In this document: positions 31,632 through 41,304 of the stretch, one piece after another
Numbering within the stretch: position 1 is the first letter of the stretch
Layout: each line of letters starts with the position of its first letter
Assembly: GCA_045537905.1 (NCBI GenBank)
Contig: JAZSQJ010000053.1
Location: 36,295-100,294, forward strand
Source of the DNA: Eubacteriales bacterium
Lineage (GTDB): Bacteria > Bacillota > Clostridia > Oscillospirales > CAG-382
DNA: 64,000 nucleotides
Reading direction: 5' to 3'
Position numbers and translations under genes: made by a program
The notes under the pieces: model-generated
The model's input: only the letters and a program-made list of their open reading frames with translations
Told to the model about the DNA's origin: nothing
The model's database searches: none

Positions 31632-31660
31632 TTGACAAAATCACAGATTTGTGAGATAAT
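31632..31660 (+). promoter_or_regulatory. Sigma-A type promoter of the LRR lipoprotein pair
   Basis: TTGACA (31632-31637), 17-nt spacer, TGaGATAAT (-10 at 31655-31660). Confidence 0.7.
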
Positions 31661-31713
31661 ATAATCTGAATAATAATTAGCTTTCTATATGGTTTTGCGA
31701 AAGGATAAAGCAG

Positions 31714-33378
31714 ATGCTTAAAAACGATAAACTACAGCATACGTTAAAATATATGGCTATCATCCTATGCCTGGCTGTAATGATGATGGGTATGGGGTCC
31801 TGCGGCACCTTGGATGGAATGCTTGGTTTTCTGGACGGTGACAACAACGCCAGCCGTGATATAAGCCACGACAGTAATATCAGCGATGAGGGTGACGTCA
31901 GTGTAGAGCTGCCCGACACAGCGGCTGAGCTTTTTACAAGCACCCCCTACGGTGAGGGACTGATGATAACGGGCTACACAGGTACCGATCCCTTGGTTAA
32001 AATTCCCGCCCAAATCGAAGGCAAGGCGGTGCTGGCGATCGGTGAAAAATCCATTAATGATATCGGTGACGAAAATGGCGAGGGGCTGTTTGTTACCACG
32101 GTAATAGTACCCTCTTCAGTAAACCAGATAGCCTTTTCTGCCTTTTCCGGCTGTAAAAGGCTGGAGAATTTGACGGTGCCCTTTGTTGGCGGCAGGGCGG
32201 ACAACCATAGCTATCTTGGATACGTTTTCGGCTCCTACAGTGCGGGCGGTAACAAGAACGCCGTACCTGAGAGCCTTAAGGAGGTAACGGCGGGGGGAAA
32301 CAGCCTTGCAGATGACGCCTTCAGAGGCTGCGAAAACATAAAAAGCATCACCCTTAAGGATATCGGCTCTATAGGTGCATCTGCCTTTAAGGAATGTACA
32401 GGCTTAAGCACGCTTATCATACCCGATTCGGTTACTTCTATAGGCGCTTCGGCTTTTGAGGGGTGCCGGTCTTTGGTCAATATCAGCTTGCCTTTCCTTG
32501 GCAACGGTAGCGACAGGCTGTTTTTCGGTGCGGTTTTCGGTGCGGAGGATTACAGTCAAAACCAAAGCTATGTTCCCGACACTCTCCGTAACGTAAGCAT
32601 CAGCCACACGGGGGACGTTCCCGAGGGTGCGTTCTACGAGTGCAACAATATAAGAAGCATTGTTATAAAGGGCGACGTAAGCTCCGTGGGAGAAAAGGCG
32701 TTTTACCGTTGCAGAAAGCTTAAAAACCTGGAAATGAGCCCTGTAAGCAGTGTAGCACCTTACGCCTTTGGATACTGTGCGGCTTTGGGTGAGGTAAGGC
32801 TGACCGAGGACGTAGCAAGCATTCCAGAGGGGGCGTTTTACGCTTGCTCTGCCCTGCGTAGCGTGCTTTTTGGCGAGGCGGTTAACGCTATGCCCTCCAC
32901 CGTGACCGAGCTGGGTAAGGGTGCCTTTGCCTATTGTGAAAGCCTTACGGCTATGGAGCTGTCTCCAAGCCTTACTCATATTGAGGAGCAGACCTTTTAC
33001 GGCTGTGCCTACCTTCTTTCCCTAAGCCTTTCCGATAATATAACCACCGTTGGTGACGATGCCTTTAAGGGCTGTAATAACCTTAAAACGCTTAGTCTCG
33101 GCAAGGGGATTACCGACGTGGGCGACGGTGCCTTCTCCTACTGCAGCGCCCTTAAGACCCTTGTAATTCCCAAAAACGTTACCACTCTTGGCGACTACGC
33201 CTTTGCCTATTGCAAGTACCTCACCGAGGTATCCGTTGACAACGGCAATATGGAGCTGGGCGAGGCTGTGTTTAACGGTTGTGAGGATATAGTTATTACC
33301 GTTGACCCCGACAGCAACACCTATCAGGCTCTTATCAACTCGGGTCTTGGTAACAGTAATCTTAAAGCTCCCGACTAA
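31714..33378 (+). CDS. BspA-type leucine-rich-repeat lipoprotein
   Basis: Signal peptide ending MGMGSCG (lipobox-like). It has more than 10 repeats of IP.SVT.IG..AF..C..L (for example IIPDSVTSIGASAFEGCRSLVNISLP). Confidence 0.8.
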   Translation: MLKNDKLQHTLKYMAIILCLAVMMMGMGSCGTLDGMLGFLDGDNNASRDISHDSNISDEGDVSVELPDTAAELFTSTPYGEGLMITGYTGTDPLVKIPAQIEGKAVLAIGEKSINDIGDENGEGLFVTTVIVPSSVNQIAFSAFSGCKRLENLTVPFVGGRADNHSYLGYVFGSYSAGGNKNAVPESLKEVTAGGNSLADDAFRGCENIKSITLKDIGSIGASAFKECTGLSTLIIPDSVTSIGASAFEGCRSLVNISLPFLGNGSDRLFFGAVFGAEDYSQNQSYVPDTLRNVSISHTGDVPEGAFYECNNIRSIVIKGDVSSVGEKAFYRCRKLKNLEMSPVSSVAPYAFGYCAALGEVRLTEDVASIPEGAFYACSALRSVLFGEAVNAMPSTVTELGKGAFAYCESLTAMELSPSLTHIEEQTFYGCAYLLSLSLSDNITTVGDDAFKGCNNLKTLSLGKGITDVGDGAFSYCSALKTLVIPKNVTTLGDYAFAYCKYLTEVSVDNGNMELGEAVFNGCEDIVITVDPDSNTYQALINSGLGNSNLKAPD

Positions 33379-33392
33379 CAGAAAGTGCAAGT

Positions 33393-34448
33393 ATGAAAAA
33401 ACTGATATTAATTATAACGGCTCTTGCGGTGTTGGCATTCAGTGCCTGCGGTGCTGATACGGAAAACTCTGTGAGCAAGGACTTGGTTTCGGCAGACAGC
33501 CATTCTTCTGCCGTGGTAGAGGAAAGCAGTACCGCTCCAAGCTTCTCTGCGGATAACAGCGAGGAAACCACGTCTACCGATAGCACCGAGGACAGCAGTG
33601 CTGACAGCTCTGAGGATACGGATCCCACTCTGTACAGCGGCAACTTCGGTTATAAGCTGGTAAACACGGTGGCAATGCTTTGCGACTACAAGGGCAGTGA
33701 GACCGAGCTGGAGCTTCCCTCCGAGCTGGACGGCTATACCCTTACAGCCGTAACGGACGGAGCCTTTGCAAACGATACCAAGCTGAAAAAGCTAAGCTTG
33801 TCCGATACGGTAGTTAACGTAAGCGACGGTGCCTTTAATAACTGCACTTCCCTGGAGTACGTGTATATTGGCAGCAGCGTTGCGGCGTTGAGCATTACCG
33901 CCTTCGAGGGCTGCAGCACCTTGAAGGAGATAGAGGTGTCGGGCGCAAACAAAAACTATTCCTCCCTGGACGGCATACTGTATAATGGGGACAAAACGGA
34001 GCTTGTTCGCTGTCCTGCCGCTATCGAGGAAGAAGAAATTACGGTACCCGACACCGTTGCATCGGTAGGGGAGTACGCCTTTGAAAACTGCAAGGGCGTA
34101 AAAAAGGTTATCCTGCCCGATGCCTGTGGGCTAAAGGAAGGCTCCTTCTTCTACTGTATGGATCTGGAGGAGACGGTGTTTGGCAGTGATTTGACCGAAA
34201 TTCCTGCAAAATGCTTTTTCGGCTGCGTTATGCTGAAGGAGATTAAGGTACCAAGCGGTGTAACAGCCATAGGCGACTACGCCTTTTTCGGTTGCATCAG
34301 CGCAAAAGCCGCCACCCTGCCCGAAAGCGTTACCCAAATGGGTGAAAACGTGTTCAAGTCCTGCTCTGCCCTTAAAAAGATAAGCGTAGAGGGAGAGTAT
34401 CTTAAGGAATGGTATAACGAAAAGGGCAAAGATTTTATAAATTCTTGA
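33393..34448 (+). CDS. BspA-type leucine-rich-repeat lipoprotein
   Basis: Signal peptide with lipobox LAFSAC, a Ser/Asp/Glu-rich linker, then LRR units (VPDTVASVGEYAFENCKGVKKVILP...). Confidence 0.8.
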   Translation: MKKLILIITALAVLAFSACGADTENSVSKDLVSADSHSSAVVEESSTAPSFSADNSEETTSTDSTEDSSADSSEDTDPTLYSGNFGYKLVNTVAMLCDYKGSETELELPSELDGYTLTAVTDGAFANDTKLKKLSLSDTVVNVSDGAFNNCTSLEYVYIGSSVAALSITAFEGCSTLKEIEVSGANKNYSSLDGILYNGDKTELVRCPAAIEEEEITVPDTVASVGEYAFENCKGVKKVILPDACGLKEGSFFYCMDLEETVFGSDLTEIPAKCFFGCVMLKEIKVPSGVTAIGDYAFFGCISAKAATLPESVTQMGENVFKSCSALKKISVEGEYLKEWYNEKGKDFINS

Positions 34449-34505
34449 TTAATGGGATAGTTTGTGTTACAATAAACTGTTAAGAACGAAGAAAAGAGGG
34501 ATAAT

Positions 34506-35267
34506 ATGTTGAAGGTAGAGATAATAGCGCACACCCCCCAACCCGAAAAGATAATTGCAGCGGCGGCAAAGCTTTGCTATTCCCAATCAGGCGTTGACGG
34601 AATATTGGAAGGTCTGACTGAGGAGAAAACGGAAAGCTTTATCAATATGCTTGTGTCCCTCGGTCACGAAAGTCCCTTTGAGCACGTAAGCTTTACTTTC
34701 GGTATAGAGGGTGTATCCCGTGCGGTTCTTGCCCAGATAACAAGGCACCGTATTGCCTCCTTCAGCGTACAAAGCCAACGCTACGTAAATAAGGAGAGCT
34801 TTACCTATATAATGCCTCCCGAGATAGAGGCGCTTCCCGAGGCAAAGGAGGTCTTTCTGCAGGCGATGGAGGAGGACAGAAAGCACTATATGCGTCTTGC
34901 CGCTTTGCTTAAGGAAAAGCATACCAAAACCTTGATAGATGGCGGTATGGAGGAAGCCGCCGCCGCAAAGGCTGCGGAGAAAATGGCGTTTGAGGATGCC
35001 CGCAGTGTGTTGCCCAACGCTTGCGACACGAAGATAGTTATGACTATGAACGTACGCTCCCTGTACAACTTCTTTAATCTGCGTTGCTGCACCCGTGCCC
35101 AGTGGGAGATAAGAGCCCTGGCAGAGGAAATGCTGCGTAAGGTAAAGCAGATAGCGCCCACCCTGTTCAAAAAGGCAGGCCCACCTTGCGTATCGGGTCC
35201 CTGTCCCGAGGGGAAAATGAGCTGTGGCAAGGCTCTTGAAATGCGAGAAAAATATCAAAATATGTAA
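34506..35267 (+). CDS. thyX: FAD-dependent thymidylate synthase
   Basis: ThyX signature [16 protein letters not shown] (RHR...S.RY). RBS AGAGGG. Confidence 0.9.
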   Translation: MLKVEIIAHTPQPEKIIAAAAKLCYSQSGVDGILEGLTEEKTESFINMLVSLGHESPFEHVSFTFGIEGVSRAVLAQITRHRIASFSVQSQRYVNKESFTYIMPPEIEALPEAKEVFLQAMEEDRKHYMRLAALLKEKHTKTLIDGGMEEAAAAKAAEKMAFEDARSVLPNACDTKIVMTMNVRSLYNFFNLRCCTRAQWEIRALAEEMLRKVKQIAPTLFKKAGPPCVSGPCPEGKMSCGKALEMREKYQNM

Positions 35268-35285
35268 ATTTGTGGGGTGCAGTCT

Positions 35286-35981
35286 ATGTCAAAAGGCATA
35301 TTGATAGCAGTAGACGGTCTGGATGGCTCCGGTAAGGAGACCCAAAGCAAGCTCCTTTGTGCTTATCTGGACAAAATGGGTATAAATAATAAGCTCGTAT
35401 CCTTTCCTACATACAAGGAGGATAGCAGTGCCTTGATAAAAATGTATCTGCGTGGAGATTTCGGCACCGACCCCGAGGCGGTAAACCCCTTTGCCGCATC
35501 CTCCTTCTACGCTATGGACAGATACTGCGCCTATATGCTGGACTGGAAAAAGGACTACGACGAGGGCGCGGTTATAATCGCAAACCGTTATACTACCGCC
35601 AATCTGGTGCATCAGATGTCCAAGCTTCCAAAGGAGCAGTGGGACAGCTTTGGCAAATGGCTTCTTGACTATGAGTTTTCTTTGTTGGGGCTTCCTGCTC
35701 CCGACGGAGTAATATATCTGTGTCTGCCTCCCAAAGCCTCCTCCTCTCTTGTGCAAAAGCGTTGCGAGGATACGGGTGCGGTAAAGGACATCCACGAAAA
35801 CAATGCAAAGCACCTGGAGGACAGCTACAGGGCGGCGTTGTACGCATCGGACAAATACGGCTGGAACAGAGTAGACTGCGTAAAGGATGAGGTTCTACGC
35901 AGTATCGACGATATACACGGACAGGTCTGCCATATAGTAAACGGCATTCTGGCAGACGGTGGTATTTTCAAAGGAGAATAG
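35286..35981 (+). CDS. tmk: Thymidylate kinase family protein
   Basis: P-loop VDGLDGSGKETQ. Start set at ATG 35286; the track ORF begins at GTG 35277. Confidence 0.75.
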   Translation: MSKGILIAVDGLDGSGKETQSKLLCAYLDKMGINNKLVSFPTYKEDSSALIKMYLRGDFGTDPEAVNPFAASSFYAMDRYCAYMLDWKKDYDEGAVIIANRYTTANLVHQMSKLPKEQWDSFGKWLLDYEFSLLGLPAPDGVIYLCLPPKASSSLVQKRCEDTGAVKDIHENNAKHLEDSYRAALYASDKYGWNRVDCVKDEVLRSIDDIHGQVCHIVNGILADGGIFKGE

Positions 35982-35985
35982 ATGG

Positions 35986-36531
35986 ATGAAAGCGTTAATT
36001 TTACTTGCAAACGGCTTTGAGGAATGTGAGGCGCTTACTCCCGCCGACGTGCTGAGAAGGGCAGGGGTAGACGTAAGCCTTGTTTCTATAGGTAACGAGC
36101 TTAAGGTGACGGGTGCCCATAATATAAGCGTGATGGCAGACGTGCTGCTGAGTGATATTGATACGTCTGCTCCCGATGTGCTTATTCTTCCGGGTGGACT
36201 TAAGGGTACCGAGGCTCTTGGTGAGTCCTATCAGGTAAAAGCCCTTATAGAAAACAGTGTTTCTGCAGGCAGCTACGTTGCGGCAATCTGTGCGGCACCC
36301 TCCATTCTGGGCAAGATGGGTTATCTTGACGGCAGGGATATAGCCTGCTATCCCGGCTTTGAAAAAAATATGGAGCAGGCAAACCGTACGGGTGAAAAGG
36401 TAGAGGTAGACGATATATTCATTACCGCAGAGGGTATGGGTGTATCGCTGGAGTTTGCCCTTAAGATTACGGAGCTTTTGTTTGGCACGGCAGTGGCAGG
36501 CGATATAGCAGAGCAGATAAGAAAGGCGTAG
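35986..36531 (+). CDS. DJ-1/PfpI family protein
   Basis: Start set at ATG 35986 (MKALILLANGFEECE, AAAGGAG 9 nt upstream). Nucleophile-elbow Cys in AAICAAPS. Confidence 0.8.
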   Translation: MKALILLANGFEECEALTPADVLRRAGVDVSLVSIGNELKVTGAHNISVMADVLLSDIDTSAPDVLILPGGLKGTEALGESYQVKALIENSVSAGSYVAAICAAPSILGKMGYLDGRDIACYPGFEKNMEQANRTGEKVEVDDIFITAEGMGVSLEFALKITELLFGTAVAGDIAEQIRKA

Positions 36532-36546
36532 CCAAAAGGCGAAGGT

Positions 36547-37443
36547 ATGCTAAAGTTTTTGAAATCGGCTCCCTTCAGCGTCCCCTTACTGACGGCGGCA
36601 GTGTATATTTTGCTGTCGCTGTGCGGTCATTACATAACGGCGGACAGCGTGGGTGAGGACAGTGTTTTTCTGGTAATAATCATAATACAGCTTGTAATTT
36701 TTGCCGCACCCTGTTTTTTGTATTACGGCATAAAGGGCGGCAAGCTTAACTACCCTATGCTGTCGTGGAAAATGAACGGCAACACCGTGATTTACTTCTT
36801 TGCTTCCTTCGGTGTTATGCTGTGCGGCAGCCTGCTGTTACAGCTTTTACTGTACAGCGGCGGTAACGGACTTGCCTTTGACAAAGGATATATGGATACT
36901 TTGTTTATGGGAGAGGACAGCGGCGTAGGTCTGTTTTTGGCATACTGCCTTGTGCCCGCCCTTTGCGAGGAGCTGTTTTTCCGCGGTATAGTAATAGGTG
37001 AGTATAAAAAGTACGGCAGCTTTAATGCGGTAGCTATAAGCACCTTGTATTTTACCCTTGTACATTTCTCAGCAGAGGGATTTGTAATATATATGTTTGC
37101 GGGTATGATACTTGGTATAAGTGCCGTGGTCTGCAGGTCGGTGTACCCTTCAATGGCACTCCACCTTGCCTTTAATATGTACGGCTTATACGGCAATTCG
37201 GCATTCGTAAGCAAAACCGTGTTTAACACCAGTGCATTGTTCGTAGGCTTTGTGTTACTTGTGGTTATGCTTTTGTGTCTGGCGCTTATGTTTTCCAGAA
37301 TGGAAAATATGTTTTCGGCGTATGCTAAAAACGAGGAGGGTGCCCCCGTACCCGAAAAAAGCACAAACAATCTGTACATCTATATAACGCCTGCACTTAT
37401 ATTACCGATAGCAGTATTTATTATTATAAACGCCTTGCTGTAG
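36547..37443 (+). CDS. CPBP family intramembrane glutamic endopeptidase (CAAX protease-like)
   Basis: Polytopic membrane protein with EELFFRG and the downstream LVHF...H motifs. Confidence 0.8.
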   Translation: MLKFLKSAPFSVPLLTAAVYILLSLCGHYITADSVGEDSVFLVIIIIQLVIFAAPCFLYYGIKGGKLNYPMLSWKMNGNTVIYFFASFGVMLCGSLLLQLLLYSGGNGLAFDKGYMDTLFMGEDSGVGLFLAYCLVPALCEELFFRGIVIGEYKKYGSFNAVAISTLYFTLVHFSAEGFVIYMFAGMILGISAVVCRSVYPSMALHLAFNMYGLYGNSAFVSKTVFNTSALFVGFVLLVVMLLCLALMFSRMENMFSAYAKNEEGAPVPEKSTNNLYIYITPALILPIAVFIIINALL

Positions 37444-37471
37444 ACTACAGCAAACGGAGGTTTTTTTAACA

Positions 37472-39166
37472 GTGGATGAAAATAAAAGCGTAAAAGAAAA
37501 TTCCGACCAGCTTCTGGAAATGCTGAGCAAGTATCAGCAGGAAACCGACGAAGCTCGTAGCACCGTCACAGAAAACGGCGTGCAGTCGGATGCTCCCGCA
37601 GAAACGGCGGAGGCAGACGTCGCCAACGTGGCAGATGAGGCGGAAAAGGCAGAAACCGACTCTGACCATTACAGCGACGAGCTTGTTCCTGACGATGTTA
37701 TACGCCCCACCCCCGAGGGAGGGCATTTGACCGACGATGCGGGCAACAGTGTGGAGCTGGGTGACAGCGGTGATAGGACGCACGATATACATTTTACGGG
37801 CTCAGAGGCGGCAAAAGCCAAGGCACGCAAGGCGTACAAGCGTGCAAAACGCCGCAACCGCAAGAAAAAGGGCAGAGGCAGTGTTACAATCGGCGTAATA
37901 AAGGCGTTGCTTTACACCTTTGTGGTAGGCACCCTGGCGTTTTTCACGGTGTTCGGCTTCCTTGACTTCTGGCCGGGTATTATCCCTATGGCAAACGACG
38001 TGTTTGCCTTTACCAAAAGCGGCGGCGACGTGGTTGTGGAGCTGGACGGCGGTATGACCACCGAGGAGGTGGCAGAACGTCTTAAGGAAAAGGGCATCAT
38101 CGAGGAAGAAAAAGTATTTAAGTTTTATGTAAAATATAAGTTTGATGAAAGTGTAGAGCTGGATAAAGAAAACCTTGTAGGCTCTCTGTTCCATCTGGGG
38201 AGCGAGTTTGTTAAAACTATGTTCTTCGGCGGGGACATAGACCCTCAGTATGAGCTGGACTATCTCTCCGGCAGTCACACGCTGTCAGCGGATATGAACT
38301 ATGACCAGATAATACAGACCCTTACCAGCACCGTGTATACCAGAGAAGAAATTACCGTTACCGTCCCCGAGGGCTATACGGCAGACCAGATAATAAACCT
38401 TCTTGTCAGCAACGGAATAGGCACGAGGGAAGGCTACGTCTACGCTATAAACGAGTACCCCTATAAGCACGAGTTTGTACAGCTTCTTAATGAGCAGGGC
38501 TGGAAAGAGGGTCGTTACTACAGGCTGGAGGGTTATCTGTATCCCGATACCTACCTGTTTTACAAGGATGCGGACGAGGTAGAGGTTATTAACAAGATGC
38601 TTAACGGCTTCTCCTCCCGTGTGTGGACCGAGTATTACGGCACCTACAAGCCCGCTTGTGAAAAGCTAGGCTTTACCTTTGACCAGATGATAGGCTTTGC
38701 CTCCATCGTACAGGCGGAGGGTAAAAGCTTTACGGATTTTGAAAACGTTTCCCAGGTATTCCATAACCGTTTTGCTTCCGACTCCTTTGATAAGCTGGAG
38801 TCCTGTGCTACCATCCAGTACGCTATGGATTGCGACAATATCAAAAACGGTTTGCCTGTGAACAGAAAGCCCGTTTTAAGCGACGAGGATACCAGGTATC
38901 CCACTCCTTACAACACCTATCAATACGAAGGACTTCCTCCCGGGGCTATCTGCAATCCGGGTCTTGACGCTATCGAGGCGGCGCTGTACCCCGATATGTC
39001 CGACGAAATAAAGGAAAAGTTCCAGATAACCACCGCCTACTATTTCAACTCTGATATGGCAGGCAATATGTACTATGCTCAAACCCCTTATCAGCATAGC
39101 GTAAATAAACAAAAGGCAGATGCCGTAAACAAGCAGATAGAAGACGGCACCTACACAGGTAACTGA
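37472..39166 (+). CDS. mltG: Endolytic murein transglycosylase MltG (YceG family) with long acidic N-terminal extension
   Basis: GTG start with GGAGG about 10 nt upstream. A single TM is followed by a YceG domain with SIVQAEG and YNTYQYEGLPPGAICNPG. Confidence 0.85.
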   Translation: MDENKSVKENSDQLLEMLSKYQQETDEARSTVTENGVQSDAPAETAEADVANVADEAEKAETDSDHYSDELVPDDVIRPTPEGGHLTDDAGNSVELGDSGDRTHDIHFTGSEAAKAKARKAYKRAKRRNRKKKGRGSVTIGVIKALLYTFVVGTLAFFTVFGFLDFWPGIIPMANDVFAFTKSGGDVVVELDGGMTTEEVAERLKEKGIIEEEKVFKFYVKYKFDESVELDKENLVGSLFHLGSEFVKTMFFGGDIDPQYELDYLSGSHTLSADMNYDQIIQTLTSTVYTREEITVTVPEGYTADQIINLLVSNGIGTREGYVYAINEYPYKHEFVQLLNEQGWKEGRYYRLEGYLYPDTYLFYKDADEVEVINKMLNGFSSRVWTEYYGTYKPACEKLGFTFDQMIGFASIVQAEGKSFTDFENVSQVFHNRFASDSFDKLESCATIQYAMDCDNIKNGLPVNRKPVLSDEDTRYPTPYNTYQYEGLPPGAICNPGLDAIEAALYPDMSDEIKEKFQITTAYYFNSDMAGNMYYAQTPYQHSVNKQKADAVNKQIEDGTYTGN

Positions 39167-39168
39167 TT

Positions 39169-40404
39169 ATGAAACGCTGTGAGATACTTTCCCCCGCAGG
39201 GGATTTGGAAAAGCTTCAGTTTGCCGTGTCCTACGGGGCAGACGCAGTTTATATGGCTATGAAAAGCTACGGTATGCGTGCCTCGGCAGGCAACTTTGAT
39301 ATGGCAGAGCTGGAACAGGGGCTGGACTTTGCCCACGCAAGGGGCGCAAGGGTGTACTGCACTCTTAACACTATGCCAAGGGACAGGGAATTTGCAGGAC
39401 TGTCCCGTATGCTTGAGGGCTTTGGCAGTGTACGTCCCGACGCCTTTATAGTAACAGACCCCGGTGTTATAAGCCTGGTTAAGGAAAAGCTTCCTAATGC
39501 AGAGCTGCATCTTTCCACCCAATGCTCTACGGTAAACAGCCGTTCCTGCCGTTTTTGGTACGATAATTTCGGCATAAAGCGTGTGGTGCTGGCAAGGGAG
39601 CTGACACTGGAGGAGATAAGGGAGATAAGGCGGAATATACCCGAGGATATGGAAATAGAGTGCTTTGTCCACGGGGCAATGTGCGTGTCCTATTCGGGCA
39701 GGTGCTTGCTTTCCAACTATGCCACGGGTAGAGACGCCAACCGTGGAATGTGTGCCCAGCCTTGCCGTTGGCAGTACAATATGTCCGACGTAAGGGACGG
39801 ACTGCCCCTTTACAGTGCAGAGCAGACCGAGGAGGGTACCTATGCCTTTTCCTCCAAGGATTTGTGTATGGTAGAGCATATACCCGAGCTGGTTGAGGCA
39901 GGCATAAACAGCTTTAAGATAGAGGGCAGGATGAAAAGCGCCTACTACACGGCGGCGGTTACAAACGCCTACCGTATGGCATACGATAGCTATGTCAAGG
40001 ACCCCGCAGGCTTTGTTACCGACCCAAGCTGGAAAAAGGAGACGGAGAGCGTAAGCCACAGAGAGTACGATACGGGCTTCTATTTCACCCCTCCCCATCA
40101 GGCGGCACAGGTTTGCAAGGAAAACGTGTACTTAAACGATAGGGCGTATCTTGCCACTGTCAGCGAGTACGACGAGGAAACGGGTCTTGCCAGGTGCATC
40201 CAGCGTAACAAGTTCTGCGTAGGCGACAGGGTACAGCTTCTCAGTCCCTCCACCTGCGGCAGGGACGTGCTTATAGAAAAGCTGTACGATGAAAATATGC
40301 AAGAGATAGAAAGTGTCCCCCACGCCAAGCAGGTGTTTTACGTACCCCTTAAGGGTGCAAAAAAGTGGGACATAATAAGATGCGGTGATACAAATGTTAA
40401 ATAA
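39169..40404 (+). CDS. Peptidase U32 family protein
   Basis: EILSPAGDLEKLQFAVSYGADAVYMA at the N-terminus, Cys-rich CVSYSGRCLLSN...CAQPCR. It follows mltG, as in the yrrL-yrrNO arrangement of Bacillus. Confidence 0.85.
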   Translation: MKRCEILSPAGDLEKLQFAVSYGADAVYMAMKSYGMRASAGNFDMAELEQGLDFAHARGARVYCTLNTMPRDREFAGLSRMLEGFGSVRPDAFIVTDPGVISLVKEKLPNAELHLSTQCSTVNSRSCRFWYDNFGIKRVVLARELTLEEIREIRRNIPEDMEIECFVHGAMCVSYSGRCLLSNYATGRDANRGMCAQPCRWQYNMSDVRDGLPLYSAEQTEEGTYAFSSKDLCMVEHIPELVEAGINSFKIEGRMKSAYYTAAVTNAYRMAYDSYVKDPAGFVTDPSWKKETESVSHREYDTGFYFTPPHQAAQVCKENVYLNDRAYLATVSEYDEETGLARCIQRNKFCVGDRVQLLSPSTCGRDVLIEKLYDENMQEIESVPHAKQVFYVPLKGAKKWDIIRCGDTNVK

Positions 40405-41050
40405 ACTCAATCACAGAATATGCGTTATCTGCGGCCACTACGGTGCAGGTAAAACAAACGTGGCGGTAAACCTGGCAAAGGAAGGGGCAAAACAAGGCAA
40501 AAAGGTCTGCATAGCAGATTTTGACGTGGTAAACCCCTACTTCCGCACTGCCGATAATAAGGCAGAGCTGGAGGGTCTGGGCATCCGCTGCATAATTCCT
40601 CAGTACGCCAATACCAACGTGGATATCCCCTCCATACCGGCAGAGTTTCAGTCTGTATTCGTAAGTGACGAGCTTTGCATAATAGACGTGGGTGGAGATG
40701 ACGGAGCCATAGCGCTCTCCACCTATAAGGAACGCTTTAAGGACTGCGGCTACGATATGCTTTACGTCTACAACAAAAGCCGTCCTCTTATCTCTGAGAT
40801 AGAGGAGGCGGTGGAGTCCGTAGGGTATATACAGGCAATGTCGGGTATGGAGATAAGCTGGCTGGTAAACAACACCAACCTGGGTGAGGAAACCACGGAA
40901 AAAACGGTTAAGGACGGGTACAACGCCTGTCTGGAGCTGTCAAAGCGTACAGGCATCCCCTTAATGGGCAGTACGGTCTTCAAGGGCGTGGCTTGCCGTG
41001 ACGTGGGCGATGTACTGTATATGGAAAACGCTACCAAGCAATTATTTTAA
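40394..41050 (+). CDS. P-loop NTPase (MinD/ParA/CobQ-like fold), function unknown
   Basis: Start set at ATG 40394. Walker A CGHYGAGKTN, Walker B-like LCIIDVGGDD. Confidence 0.6.
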   Translation: MLNKLNHRICVICGHYGAGKTNVAVNLAKEGAKQGKKVCIADFDVVNPYFRTADNKAELEGLGIRCIIPQYANTNVDIPSIPAEFQSVFVSDELCIIDVGGDDGAIALSTYKERFKDCGYDMLYVYNKSRPLISEIEEAVESVGYIQAMSGMEISWLVNNTNLGEETTEKTVKDGYNACLELSKRTGIPLMGSTVFKGVACRDVGDVLYMENATKQLF

Positions 41051-41085
41051 TAAAAAATTTTTTTAATAAAGAAAGGAAGCTTAAA

Positions 41086-41304
41086 ATGAACAGGGTAAGC
41101 TTTAACACAGACCTTTGTAAGGGCTGTGGACTTTGCGTAGGTGCCTGTCCCAGACACATTATCGCACTTGACACCTCTGCTCTCAATGCAAAGGGTTATC
41201 ATCCCGCACAGGTAACCGATATGGCACAGTGCATCGCTTGTGCTATGTGTGCTACTATGTGTCCCGATGTAGTAATTACAGTAGAGAAAGGAAGTGAGAA
41301 ATAA
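41086..41304 (+). CDS. 2-oxoacid:ferredoxin oxidoreductase delta subunit (2x[4Fe-4S] ferredoxin)
   Basis: 72 aa with CKGCGLCVGACP and CIACAMCATMCP. RBS AAAGGAAG. Confidence 0.85.
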   Translation: MNRVSFNTDLCKGCGLCVGACPRHIIALDTSALNAKGYHPAQVTDMAQCIACAMCATMCPDVVITVEKGSEK

